A DNA stretch of 64,000 nucleotides from Parcubacteria group bacterium Greene0416_36 (GTDB lineage: Bacteria; Patescibacteriota; Patescibacteriia; VMEV01). Position 1 is the first letter of the stretch. Each line of letters opens with the position of its first letter. Below the pieces are notes generated by a model. The model did not search any database. It saw nothing but the letters and a program-made list of their open reading frames with translations, and was not told the origin of the DNA. The position numbers and the translations under genes are program-made. The stretch is from the NCBI GenBank assembly GCA_007375725.1, contig VMEV01000003.1, forward strand, positions 50 to 64,049. The letters are read 5' to 3'. Below, piece after piece: positions 38,315 through 48,000 of the stretch.

Positions 38315-39781
38315 TTATTGATACAGGCGGTCGGCGCCTAAGATGATGACATAATCAGCCTCGGATGAATTAAATTCTTCTGGAATAGCGTCTTTTTTGA
38401 TATTCTTGGAATATTGGGTGAGGGTCTCAATTGAGCGCGGATCATCGGTTTTTCGTGCGTAGATGACCGTTTTCTTGTAATTTTGCGCCCCTGTATTTGA
38501 AATATTCAGGATATTGAACCCCAGAGACCGGAGTTTATCAGCCTCCTGGGCCGCCAGTCCTTCAATAAAGGTGCCATTTAACAACTCAACCGTCCCTATT
38601 CTTTCTAAAGAAAGGGTAGTGGGACTTGCTATACCCTCGGTTAATGCTGGGTTTTCTCTAGCGAGTGATGCGGGAGCCTCAAAACGCCTCTTTGTCTTAT
38701 CAAAAATTTTGTCTTCTTCCAATAGGTTACGCGCGATAAAGCGGAGTTCCTCAAAGTCTCCAGTCCGGGTTCGCAGAGTAAATCCTTCCGCATTATTTTC
38801 ATAGAGCGGTCCATCTGGACCGGCGTCAATGATTTTTTGTGTGATTTCCGGATTGGCGGCTTGGCTTCCCAGAGCGATGGCTCGGTATATTTCACCTAAG
38901 GTCAAATTGGTTTTGACATTGGCTTCCAGAATCCCAATCATTTTTTTGATCAAAAAAGGATTGAGCAAGGTTTTAAAAGAAAGGGCTTTCTCTTTTGCGG
39001 CCAAGATCAGCTGGTGCTGGCGGCGGCTTCGGGCATAGTCTGATCCTTCTACTCCATAGGAGTGGCGTGAGCGGACGTATTTGAGGGCCAGAGCTCCGTC
39101 CATAGAGTTGGGCCCTTTTGGAATGACCAGCCTTTCGTACCGGGATTCGATCGGGAAGGCGTTTTCTCGGCCGGCGATCGGATACATTGGGTCTTCCAAA
39201 CGGTTCGTCACTTCTACATCCAATCCCCCCAAGGCATCAATGGCCTCGGTAAATCCTTTAAAATTCACCAAGGCGTAATAGTGAATGGGAATATCAAGCA
39301 GTTCACTGACGAATTCTGTTGTCTCGTCGAGCGCGGTTTCGGGGTTTTCTTTGTGGGCGAAATAATAAATATGGTTGATTTTTCTCCAAGCATAATCCGG
39401 CAGATACACGAGCAGGTCGCGTGGCAGATTCATGAAGGAAACTTTTTCTTGGGAAGGAGAGTAGCTTCCGACCAGCAGGGTATCGGTCAAATCCGCTCCT
39501 TCATGTTTTTCTCCGCCAATTCCCAAGAGCAGAAAATTGATCCGGTCATTTTCTTCTCCCAACAGAGCACTGGCCCCTCCTTCTTTTTCCGAGCCTTGGA
39601 CCGCTTGAATGAGTTTGGATCCGGTACTTTTGATCCAGGCGGCGAAAGTGTGTTCCGGAGCCGTGGACGAAATACTCCACGAAAAAAATACTACGAGAAT
39701 CAATCCAAATACGAACAGGCCCCCCAATATTTTTTTTGCGCGGGTCGGCAGAATGGATTTTTTCTGATGGATGGGTTGCAT
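38315..39781 (-). CDS. LytR-CpsA-Psr (LCP) family cell-envelope glycopolymer transferase-like protein with C-terminal LytR_C-like domain
   Basis: N-terminal TM, LLLGIGGE...DLTDTLLV LCP core pattern. Confidence 0.75.
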   Translation of the reverse strand: MQPIHQKKSILPTRAKKILGGLFVFGLILVVFFSWSISSTAPEHTFAAWIKSTGSKLIQAVQGSEKEGGASALLGEENDRINFLLLGIGGEKHEGADLTDTLLVGSYSPSQEKVSFMNLPRDLLVYLPDYAWRKINHIYYFAHKENPETALDETTEFVSELLDIPIHYYALVNFKGFTEAIDALGGLDVEVTNRLEDPMYPIAGRENAFPIESRYERLVIPKGPNSMDGALALKYVRSRHSYGVEGSDYARSRRQHQLILAAKEKALSFKTLLNPFLIKKMIGILEANVKTNLTLGEIYRAIALGSQAANPEITQKIIDAGPDGPLYENNAEGFTLRTRTGDFEELRFIARNLLEEDKIFDKTKRRFEAPASLARENPALTEGIASPTTLSLERIGTVELLNGTFIEGLAAQEADKLRSLGFNILNISNTGAQNYKKTVIYARKTDDPRSIETLTQYSKNIKKDAIPEEFNSSEADYVIILGADRLYQ

Positions 39782-39865
39782 AGAGCTTGGTTGGATATTG
39801 CCGAATTATAATATAAAATAGGCCGGTTTGGCAAAACTATTTACGATTCTGTAAAATACAGTATA

Positions 39866-40486
39866 ATGGTTAAAATTTCTATACTTTTTATGAAAAAAAT
39901 GGCTGATGATTCAGAATTTTTCCGTAAGGGCCGATTGAGTGCCGCTTCTTTTTTCGCCTCCGGCATTGAACTGCTCCGCGTGGTGATGATTTCGCTCCTG
40001 ATTATAGTACCGGTGCGGTATTTCCTCATCCAGCCCTTTTATGTCAAGGGAGCTTCCATGGAGCCCAATTTTTTTGATAATGAATATCTCGTCGTGGATG
40101 AAATCAGCTATCGTTTTTCCGAGCCGCAACGAGGGGATATCGTGGTTCTCAAGTATCCCCGGGATATCCGGCAGTATTTCATCAAGCGGATTATCGGCCT
40201 CCCCGGAGAACGAGTGAGGGTGGCGGATGGATTCGTCTACATCAACGGCCTGCAGCTGGGCGAGAGTGCGTATCTGGACAAAAGTGTCCTGACTCACAAA
40301 GAGGATATTTGGGTGCTCAAAGATGACGAATATTTCGTTTTGGGCGATAATCGGATAGCGAGTTTGGATTCTCGTGATTTTGGTCCCATCCGGCGTTCTC
40401 ATATTGTCGGAAAAACTTGGATTCGAGGGTGGCCTCTCCATAAATTAACCGTATTTGAGACTCCGGAGTACAGCAATCAATTTTAA
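39866..40486 (+). CDS. lepB: Signal peptidase I
   Basis: GASMEPNF (Ser box), VLGDNR...SLDSRDFG boxes; exact start (39866/39890/39899) uncertain. Confidence 0.85.
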   Translation: MVKISILFMKKMADDSEFFRKGRLSAASFFASGIELLRVVMISLLIIVPVRYFLIQPFYVKGASMEPNFFDNEYLVVDEISYRFSEPQRGDIVVLKYPRDIRQYFIKRIIGLPGERVRVADGFVYINGLQLGESAYLDKSVLTHKEDIWVLKDDEYFVLGDNRIASLDSRDFGPIRRSHIVGKTWIRGWPLHKLTVFETPEYSNQF

Positions 40487-40559
40487 ATTAATTTTTTATT
40501 CTGTTTCTTTTTGGAGAGGATCATAATCCAAGAGAAACTTTTTTCTTTTCGAGAAAATT

Positions 40560-41903
40560 ATGCCCAAATATTCAAAAGCAGCCGAGGTCAAAGAGATTAA
40601 GCGGCCTAAGAAAATGATAGAGACGATTCGAGGGATGAAGGATTTGATTCCAGGAGATCAGAAATATTGGGATTATCTGGAAGGGATCGTCACAAAATTT
40701 GCTCACAGTTATTCCTTTCGGAAGGTCCAGACGCCGGTATTGGAAAACCCCCAGCTTTATTCCAAAATTTTCCACAAAAAAGGAAAAGCGGACGACGATT
40801 CTTTTTTGGTGGAAGCGTCAAATGGCGAAAAGTTAGTTTTGCGTCCGGATTTAACCGTTCCCATGGTGCGCAGCTACTTCGAACACGCGCTCGAGCAAAG
40901 CAACTATACGGTCAAACTCTATAGTTCCGGACCTGTTTTCCGACAAGAAGCTAAAGGCCGTTCTGGAGAGTGGCGGTCAGCTCACCAGTTGGCTTGTTAT
41001 ATTTTTGATGAAAAAAATCCTTTGGCCGATGTGCAGGTCATCATGTTCAGTTATCAGGTTCTCCGGGAGGCGGGTTTTTCTGTGACCGTGAGCATCAACA
41101 GCATGGGTTGTTCGGAGTGCCGCGATCAATATAAAGAAGCTTTGCTTTCGTATTATCGAGGCAAGAAAAAATTGCTCTGCCAGGGGTGCCAGGAGAGCAT
41201 GGCCAAAGCCCCTTTGTATGTTTTGGACTGTTCGGAAGACGCCTGCTCAGGACTCAAAAAGGATGCTCCGCAGTCTTTGGACTGGCTCTGCGCCGCTTGC
41301 AAGGATCACTTCATGAAAGTACTCGAATGTCTGGACGAAGTGGGGATCAGCTATGCTCTTAATCCTTATTTGGTCAGCGGCCTGGATATGCATGCCAAGG
41401 TCGTGTTTGAAATCATCGAGAACAGCCAGCTCGAGAATAGTGTGGTCAAGCCTGTTGTCTTGGGGGCCGGCGGCCGTTATGACGAGCTCATCAATAAAAT
41501 GATGGGGGTGGATGTGGCCTTGGTCGGCTTCACCCTGATGATGGAGTCGAGCATCAAACGCATCCGCCAGCTTCAGTTGGAAGTACTGGAGCTCGGCAAC
41601 CCCGATATTTTCGTGGCCCAGCTGGGAGATGTCGCCAAAAAACGTGCCTTGGCTCTTTTTGAGCAATTGCGGCGGGATGGCATTTCGGTATCCGAGAGTT
41701 TCGCCAAAGACAACCTCAAGGCTCAGCTGGAACTAGCCACCCGGTTGGGTGTGAAATTCGCTCTCATTTTGGGCCAGAAGGAAATACTCGATGGCACCAT
41801 TATCATTCGCGATATGGATGGAGGCGTGCAGGAAATTGTGGACTTCAATAAGGTGATACTGGAGATCAAGAAGCGGCTGCGGAAAATGGAATCGGCGAAG
41901 TAG
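40560..41903 (+). CDS. hisS: Histidyl-tRNA synthetase
   Basis: Class II motifs, IRGMKDLIPGD N-terminal HisRS signature, GGRYD motif 3 region; start may be 40614. Confidence 0.9.
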   Translation: MPKYSKAAEVKEIKRPKKMIETIRGMKDLIPGDQKYWDYLEGIVTKFAHSYSFRKVQTPVLENPQLYSKIFHKKGKADDDSFLVEASNGEKLVLRPDLTVPMVRSYFEHALEQSNYTVKLYSSGPVFRQEAKGRSGEWRSAHQLACYIFDEKNPLADVQVIMFSYQVLREAGFSVTVSINSMGCSECRDQYKEALLSYYRGKKKLLCQGCQESMAKAPLYVLDCSEDACSGLKKDAPQSLDWLCAACKDHFMKVLECLDEVGISYALNPYLVSGLDMHAKVVFEIIENSQLENSVVKPVVLGAGGRYDELINKMMGVDVALVGFTLMMESSIKRIRQLQLEVLELGNPDIFVAQLGDVAKKRALALFEQLRRDGISVSESFAKDNLKAQLELATRLGVKFALILGQKEILDGTIIIRDMDGGVQEIVDFNKVILEIKKRLRKMESAK

Positions 41904-41914
41904 TGAAGAAAAAG

Positions 41915-41998
41915 CAACAAATCCCTCCCCAACCCTCCCTTTGACAAGGGAGGGGGTAGCAGCCTCCCCCTTGTCAAAGGGGGATTGAGGGGGATTTA
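41915..41998. repeat. Composite palindromic repeat, copy I
   Basis: Read directly; between hisS and rpsU. Confidence 0.8.
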
Positions 41999-42110
41999 TT
42001 TATTGGCCCTCTATTTGCTTATTTGTAATAAAATTGTTAATTTATCAAGGTCGAATATCGTGGACATTATATCCGTTCAGTTTTGGATAATTGAACACAA
42101 GAGAAAGGGG

Positions 42111-42356
42111 GTGTTTTTTCTGGTAGAACTCAAGCGAAAAAAAGGGGAAACCTTTGAAAGTTTTCTCCGAAGATTCAACAAAAAATTGATTCATAGCGGG
42201 CAATTGATACAGGCTCGTAAGATTCGTTTTTTTAAGCGACCAGTCAATAAAACCAAGAAAAAGACTTCAGCTTTGCGCCGTCTGGAAATCAATAGGGAAC
42301 GCGAGTATCTGAAAAAAATCGGACGTCTAAAGGAAGAAAACACACGCCGCTACTAA
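42111..42356 (+). CDS. rpsU: 30S ribosomal protein S21 (non-ATG start: GTG 42111 or CTG 42120)
   Basis: VELKRKKGETFESFLRRFNKK...RRLEINREREYLKKIGRLKEENTRRY aligns with bS21; AGAAAGGGGG SD just upstream; 5' part of ORF-track ORF (41985-42110) is repeat copy I, not coding. Confidence 0.65.
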   Translation: MFFLVELKRKKGETFESFLRRFNKKLIHSGQLIQARKIRFFKRPVNKTKKKTSALRRLEINREREYLKKIGRLKEENTRRY

Positions 42357-42498
42357 GATACTCCTTGATTTATCGAAAAAACCCTGGACCTAAAAATTTT
42401 ATCTCGATATAATATATTTATATTATGGAAGATGAAATTCGGAAGGTCTTGGGTTTTTTCATTATTTATCTTTATAGCCGGCTAATGCTTGTCTAGCT

Positions 42499-44994
42499 AT
42501 GCAAAACAAATATTTTTTGTTCTCTAAATATTTTTTTCGTTCATCAAGGTTCCGGTTTAATTATTTGATTCCGATTGTCACTTTAGTGCTCGGATTTTTT
42601 TTGTTTTTTGAGGCCTCGTTTGTTTTGGCCCAAGGAGATGTATTGGGTGTCGAGCCTCTGGAAGCATCCGGCCTTGCTACGGATTCCGATATCCGCATCG
42701 TGATCGCCAATGTTATTCGTATTATTCTTGGTTTTTTAGGGACCTTGGCTTTAGCGATCGCTCTCTATGGCGGATTCACCTACATGACCGCGGCAGGTGA
42801 TGCTGAAAAAGTGGATCGAGCTAAAAAAATTCTCAAAAATGCACTGATCGGTTTAGCTATTATTTTATCGGCATTTGGTCTCGTTTCATTCTTGATCCGT
42901 GCGCTTTCGGGTGCTTCAATTGGGGACGGTGCGGGCGGAGGACGTTTTGGCGCCGGAGGATTGGGCGCCGACGCCGGGCGGGATGCCATCGAGTCTCATT
43001 ATCCGATTCGCGGGGCGCTTGGCGTTCCCCGCAATACTAAGATTATGGTGACTTTCAAAGAGCGTATTGATATTTCATCGGTCATTAATGATAGCGGGAC
43101 TTCGGACGACCGGCTCGATGATCGTATCACCGATGCGATTGAAATTTCTCCGCTGGAGGGATCAGCGTTATCTCAGAGCGAGGTCAGAGCGGCTTCGACT
43201 TCGGACGGCAAAACCTTTGTTTTTGATCCCATTCCTCTGTTGGGGAATTCTCGAACCAATACCCCCTACAAAGTAACTTTGCGAAGCGGGATACAGAATA
43301 TAAATGGCGATCCTATTTTTGGTAATCTGGGTCTCTATGAGTGGGAGTTCGAAGTCAGTACAGTTGTGGATTTGACCCCTCCCCAAGTGATCAGTGTTAT
43401 TCCTCGCCGAGTGACGCCTCCCGCGGAACCCATCACCTATGCCCGAAATATTGTGGTGCAGGTGACCTTCAATGAACCGATGGATCCTACCTCTTCTTCG
43501 GGTATTGTCACTGTGGATCCCAATGATGATGGACTTTTATCCAATTTCAGCAATATCGAAGTGTTTTCAGAGGACGCGGCAAAGGGACGCCATTATTTCC
43601 CCGGGACTTTTTCTGTTTCCAATCTCTATCAAACCGTGGAATTCATCACCCATGATTTATGCGGCAAGAATTCTTGCGGTCAGGATGTGTTTTGTCTCCC
43701 GGGCAATGCGACTCTGGGGGTAGATGTGAAGGCCGCGACACTCTCGGAAAATCCTCCGGAAGCTTTTGGATTCCCTTATGATGGGGTAGTGGATGCCAGC
43801 GGCAACTCTCTGGACGGCACGGCTGATGGCATTGGTCAAGGTCCGGGACTGGATAATTATTCTTGGGTTTTCAAAACCAATAATACGATTGACCTGACTC
43901 CTCCGGTGATAGAGAAGGTTTCTCCTGGCCTTTTTTCGGTGGAAGTGCCGCTTAAGGCTAAAATTAGCGCGCTCTTCAGTAAGCCTCTCTTGTTTAAAAC
44001 TCTCACCAGCCGCAATGTGATTCTGGACCAAGGATTTTACTGGGTGACCGCGGTGGCCTTGGGGGACACAAAAGCCGAGGTATTCATTGATCATAGCGGG
44101 TTGGAAGACAATACGATTTATAATGTGGAAATGAATTCCGGTATTCTGGACCTTTATCAGAACTGTTTCAAGCCCTGCGTCGGGCCTGAAGCGACAAATC
44201 AAGCGCCCGCCAGAGCCAGAGATGATGCTCGTCGCATTGATTTGACTCTCGTCAAGCAGGCTTTGGAAGAATACAAAAATCGGACCGGGTCCTTTAATAT
44301 TTCTGGAGCTGGCTATAAGGGATCGGGCATGGGACTCCTCACCTTTTCCGATGGAGGCGATTATCCCCGTTCGATCCTTGATTTCCTCATCGAAAATACC
44401 TCGCTCAAAACCAAGGTCAAGAATTTGAGCCAAGCTGGGCTGGATTCCGGATACAGGCTCTACACCTGCGCCAATGACCGGCAGTATTCTTTGTCCGCCA
44501 CCATGGAAGATGCGCGGGCCTTTTCCGATCCTGATTTTGTAGAGGCGGTTTGTATGGGAAGCGGCCCCGAGGGAGTTTCCAGCCGTTACGGCAAAAATTT
44601 TGCCATTAGCTCGTCCAATACCGTGGATGCGCGGGGCGAATTCGCGTCCAGAGACAATATTCGCAAATCTGATTTTTCAGCCATAGAGGAGGCTTTACGC
44701 CGTTACCGCGCGACTAATGGTTCCTTCCCTCTCTCGGCCGGTCTTTGTTCCGGAGTGGACGGCAATTTTGCCGATGCCTTGAAGCCTTTCTTGGCTACCA
44801 TGCCGGGAGACCCCGCTTTTCCTTGGAAAACCACCAAAAATTATGCCTATTTGAATTTTGGCGATACGTACGCCCTCTTGGGAGAGACCGAGGGACTCCA
44901 AAAGGCTCAAGAATTTTTCTTGGATAATTGCGGGGTCGAAAATTCGGGCGTCTATCACTATTGCGTCGGAGATTGCGCCAAAGTGTCTCAATAA
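42499..44994 (+). CDS. Giant surface protein 1 (831 aa): signal peptide, TrbC/VirB2-like double-TM pilin domain, Gly-rich linker, beta-rich repeats, two C-terminal type-IV-pilin/GspG-like globular domains
   Basis: Translation: ...IRIILGFLGTLALAIALYGGFTYMTAAGDAEKVDRAKKILKNALIGLAIIL (VirB2-like); GDGAGGGRFGAGGLG linker; ARDDARRIDLTLVKQALEEYKNRTGSF and RDNIRKSDFSAIEEALRRYRATNGSFP resemble the post-helix region of type IV pilins/pseudopilins. Confidence 0.75.
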   Translation: MQNKYFLFSKYFFRSSRFRFNYLIPIVTLVLGFFLFFEASFVLAQGDVLGVEPLEASGLATDSDIRIVIANVIRIILGFLGTLALAIALYGGFTYMTAAGDAEKVDRAKKILKNALIGLAIILSAFGLVSFLIRALSGASIGDGAGGGRFGAGGLGADAGRDAIESHYPIRGALGVPRNTKIMVTFKERIDISSVINDSGTSDDRLDDRITDAIEISPLEGSALSQSEVRAASTSDGKTFVFDPIPLLGNSRTNTPYKVTLRSGIQNINGDPIFGNLGLYEWEFEVSTVVDLTPPQVISVIPRRVTPPAEPITYARNIVVQVTFNEPMDPTSSSGIVTVDPNDDGLLSNFSNIEVFSEDAAKGRHYFPGTFSVSNLYQTVEFITHDLCGKNSCGQDVFCLPGNATLGVDVKAATLSENPPEAFGFPYDGVVDASGNSLDGTADGIGQGPGLDNYSWVFKTNNTIDLTPPVIEKVSPGLFSVEVPLKAKISALFSKPLLFKTLTSRNVILDQGFYWVTAVALGDTKAEVFIDHSGLEDNTIYNVEMNSGILDLYQNCFKPCVGPEATNQAPARARDDARRIDLTLVKQALEEYKNRTGSFNISGAGYKGSGMGLLTFSDGGDYPRSILDFLIENTSLKTKVKNLSQAGLDSGYRLYTCANDRQYSLSATMEDARAFSDPDFVEAVCMGSGPEGVSSRYGKNFAISSSNTVDARGEFASRDNIRKSDFSAIEEALRRYRATNGSFPLSAGLCSGVDGNFADALKPFLATMPGDPAFPWKTTKNYAYLNFGDTYALLGETEGLQKAQEFFLDNCGVENSGVYHYCVGDCAKVSQ

Positions 44995-45021
44995 AAATAA
45001 AAAAAATGCTACTCCTTTTTT

Positions 45022-48000
45022 ATGTTTAAACTGTCCACTTTTCCATGTCTTTTATTGGGGATCATCATGGCGGCAAGTTTCTTTGTTCCTCGGTCTTTCA
45101 ATCCTGAAATAGCTCTTGCCGCATCTCCTGATCTGGGATTGGCTCCCCTCGAAGACTCGGGACTGGCGACAGACACGGATTTACGGGTGATTATTGCTCG
45201 CATCATCCGTGCTATTTTAGGTTTCCTGGGTGTTTTAGCATTAGGTATTACGCTCTATGGCGGGTTTGTCTACATGACTGCCCGAGGCGATGCCGAGCGT
45301 GTCGAGACTGCGAAGAAGATTCTGCGCAATGGAGTGATCGGGCTTGTGATTATTATGGGCGCTTATACTATCGCTTCTTTCGTGATCCGGTCGCTTACCA
45401 GTGCTACTGGGGTGGGCGGGGGATCGGGGGCTGGTGGCCGCGGCGGGATTGGCGGTTTTGGGGCCGGCGGGTCGGATATTTTCACGGTGGATAATATTAC
45501 TCCCAAGGGTGATATTCCCATCAAAAATGTGGTGGTTCGTATTGTTTTTAATGCTTCCATTGAGCCGGGATCGATTCGTGACCGAATTTCTGTCTTGGAT
45601 TTATCTAGCGGGGAAGAAGTTTCGGGTCACTATGATGTGGCGGGCAATATTGTTGAGTTCACCCCGTCCCAAGCCTGTACCGAAGATCCCAAACGTTTTT
45701 GTTTTCTTGGCGATACTGAATTTGATGTCCGCGTGATCGAGGGAATTGTGGCCTCGGAAGTTCGAAAAACACAGAAGAATGCTTATCGAACAGATGGGAT
45801 TGATCCGGAAGGCGAGGAATCGCCCGAAGCCGCATTTGGGTCTGGTGCCATTACTTTGGCTTGCCGTGCTTTTGCTATTTCGGACAATTGTACGGCGAGA
45901 TTCAAAACGGGGAATCTAGTCGATTCATTAGGTCCTGATACCCGAATTATCAATCCTGCCGAGGGTCAGGGAGTTCCGGGAGGGGAAGAGGGGGCTTCGG
46001 TGGATGTTTTATTCGGAATCGAGGATAATTCAGGCATTTCTTATTCTCAATTATGGACTGCCAAAAAAGGAGAAGGTTTTAGCGAGGAAGGACTTTTTTC
46101 ACCCCTAGATGAAATCTCTCCCAGATCCGTAGAAGATGCTTTGATTCTTTGGAACACGGAAAATTTGGAAAAAGGGTCAATCTATAATTTAAAAATCGCT
46201 TCATTTGATATTGATACGAATTCCAAAGAATCCGAGATAATGTCGGTTATTGTGCGGCCTTTGCATTGTTTTGACGAAGAGTTGGATAAGGATTTGGGGG
46301 AGGTGGTAGCGGGTCCACCTGCTTGCGGAGGGGACTGTGGCCAGTGTGGAGGCGGAGTCTGTGTGACTTCTCTCGATTGTGCCCAAGGGGCGTGTCTGGC
46401 TGGAAAGTGCGTGTCTTTGCCTGAAATTTCTGAGGTATTCCCATCGGACGGTGCTTCCGGTACCTTTGTGACGGTCTATGGCCAAGGTTTTGGGGACGCC
46501 TTGGGAAAGGTGAGCTTTTTGGGAGGAGCGGGCCCAACGGACGATGTGGCGGCCTCTTTGCCAGGCGGCCAGTGCGGCAATACTTGGCATGATGATTTTG
46601 TCATTGTTGAAGTACCGAGTGCCGCTAAAACGGGTCCGATCAGCCTGTCCACCAGCCACGCCCTGATGGATACCACGGCCGATAGCCGGGGAATCCAGAT
46701 GGATTTTACCGTCAACAATAACCGCCGTCCCTCTATTTGTCTGGTAGATCCGGAGGTAGGGGAGCCTTTTTCTGATATTCGAGTAGTCGGCAAGAATTTT
46801 GGCCCCACCGCGGGTACAGGGGCGAATAAAAGCACGGTCAAATTTGGAAATATTTCCGCGCCTTCGGCTGTTTGGGGACCGGAATCCATTACCAATATAA
46901 AAATTCCGCTCTTACGTGGCGGAGAAACCTTTGTTTCCGTTGATACTGTTGCTTCCCAAAGCAATCGTGTGCCGTTCATGGTCAAAGAATCGGAAACCTT
47001 GCCTCGTATCGAAAAAATTATCCCTTCTTCTGGCCCGGTATCCCAATATATTACCCTCTCAGGAGTTAATTTTGGCTCTGCGGCAGGAAGTGTTGAATTC
47101 ATTGGTTCCGACGGGAAAACGACTTTGGCGGATATTGAATTCCCCAAAGAATGCAAGAGTAATTATTGGCATCCCGAGTCGGTTGTCGTGAAGGTTCCGC
47201 CTGTATTTTTGCAGGATGCTTCAGGGGAAATTTTATATCGTGTGATTCTCAAAACTTCCGGCGGAGCCCAGAGCAATTTTGTCGATTTCGACGTCAATAC
47301 AAGAGAGCGGACTCCCGGACTCTGCGCCATTTCTCCGGACAATGGCCCGGCTGGACTGGAAGCCACTGCCATTGGAGAAGGGTTTGGCGCCTTTGTGGCG
47401 GGGGATTCATCGGTGCGGTTTTCTGCGGCGGGAACCGGAGCTGCGGCTGGAATAGCGAGTTGGGATGTGAAATCCGTGGTAGTTTCTGTTCCTCCAGCGG
47501 CCCAGAGCGGGGATGTAATTTTGATTGATTCTACGGGTACCCAGTCCAATGGTGTTCTCTTTACCGTGGGTGTCTGTCAGGCGGATACATGTCAAGAAGG
47601 GCTGGTCTGTTGCGGCAATGGCGCCTGTTCCGCCCAGTGCGATGAGCCTGTTCCTTTTTGCGCGTATAAATGGTCTTTTTCGACCGGAAAAGTGGAAGGC
47701 TGGCCTTGCGCGGATGATGGAGATTGTTCTTGCCCTTCTGCTCCCACAGCCGATAATCCCTGTATGACCTGTTCGCCCTCGGGCGTTTGTCAGGCTTCCT
47801 GTTCTTCGGATGCCGACTGTCGGGAAGGGTCGAGCTGCCAGTGCGGGAGCGGGAAAAATTCGGCTTGTTTTTGTCAGAGTAATGCCCCCTTTGTGATAGA
47901 GGACGAGACTTGTGGAGAAAATTCCCAGAGCCCTTCTCCCTTCATCAGTTCCGAAGATGCCTGCACGAATGCCAAAATTTCTGCCCGTTTTTCAGTCAAT

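Noticed and set aside
7489-41998. Whether the recurring ~85-nt palindromic units are a CRISPR array
   Set aside because: Copies are separated by kilobases of coding sequence, occur in both orientations, and each unit is itself a composite palindrome. There are no cas genes and no short regular spacers.
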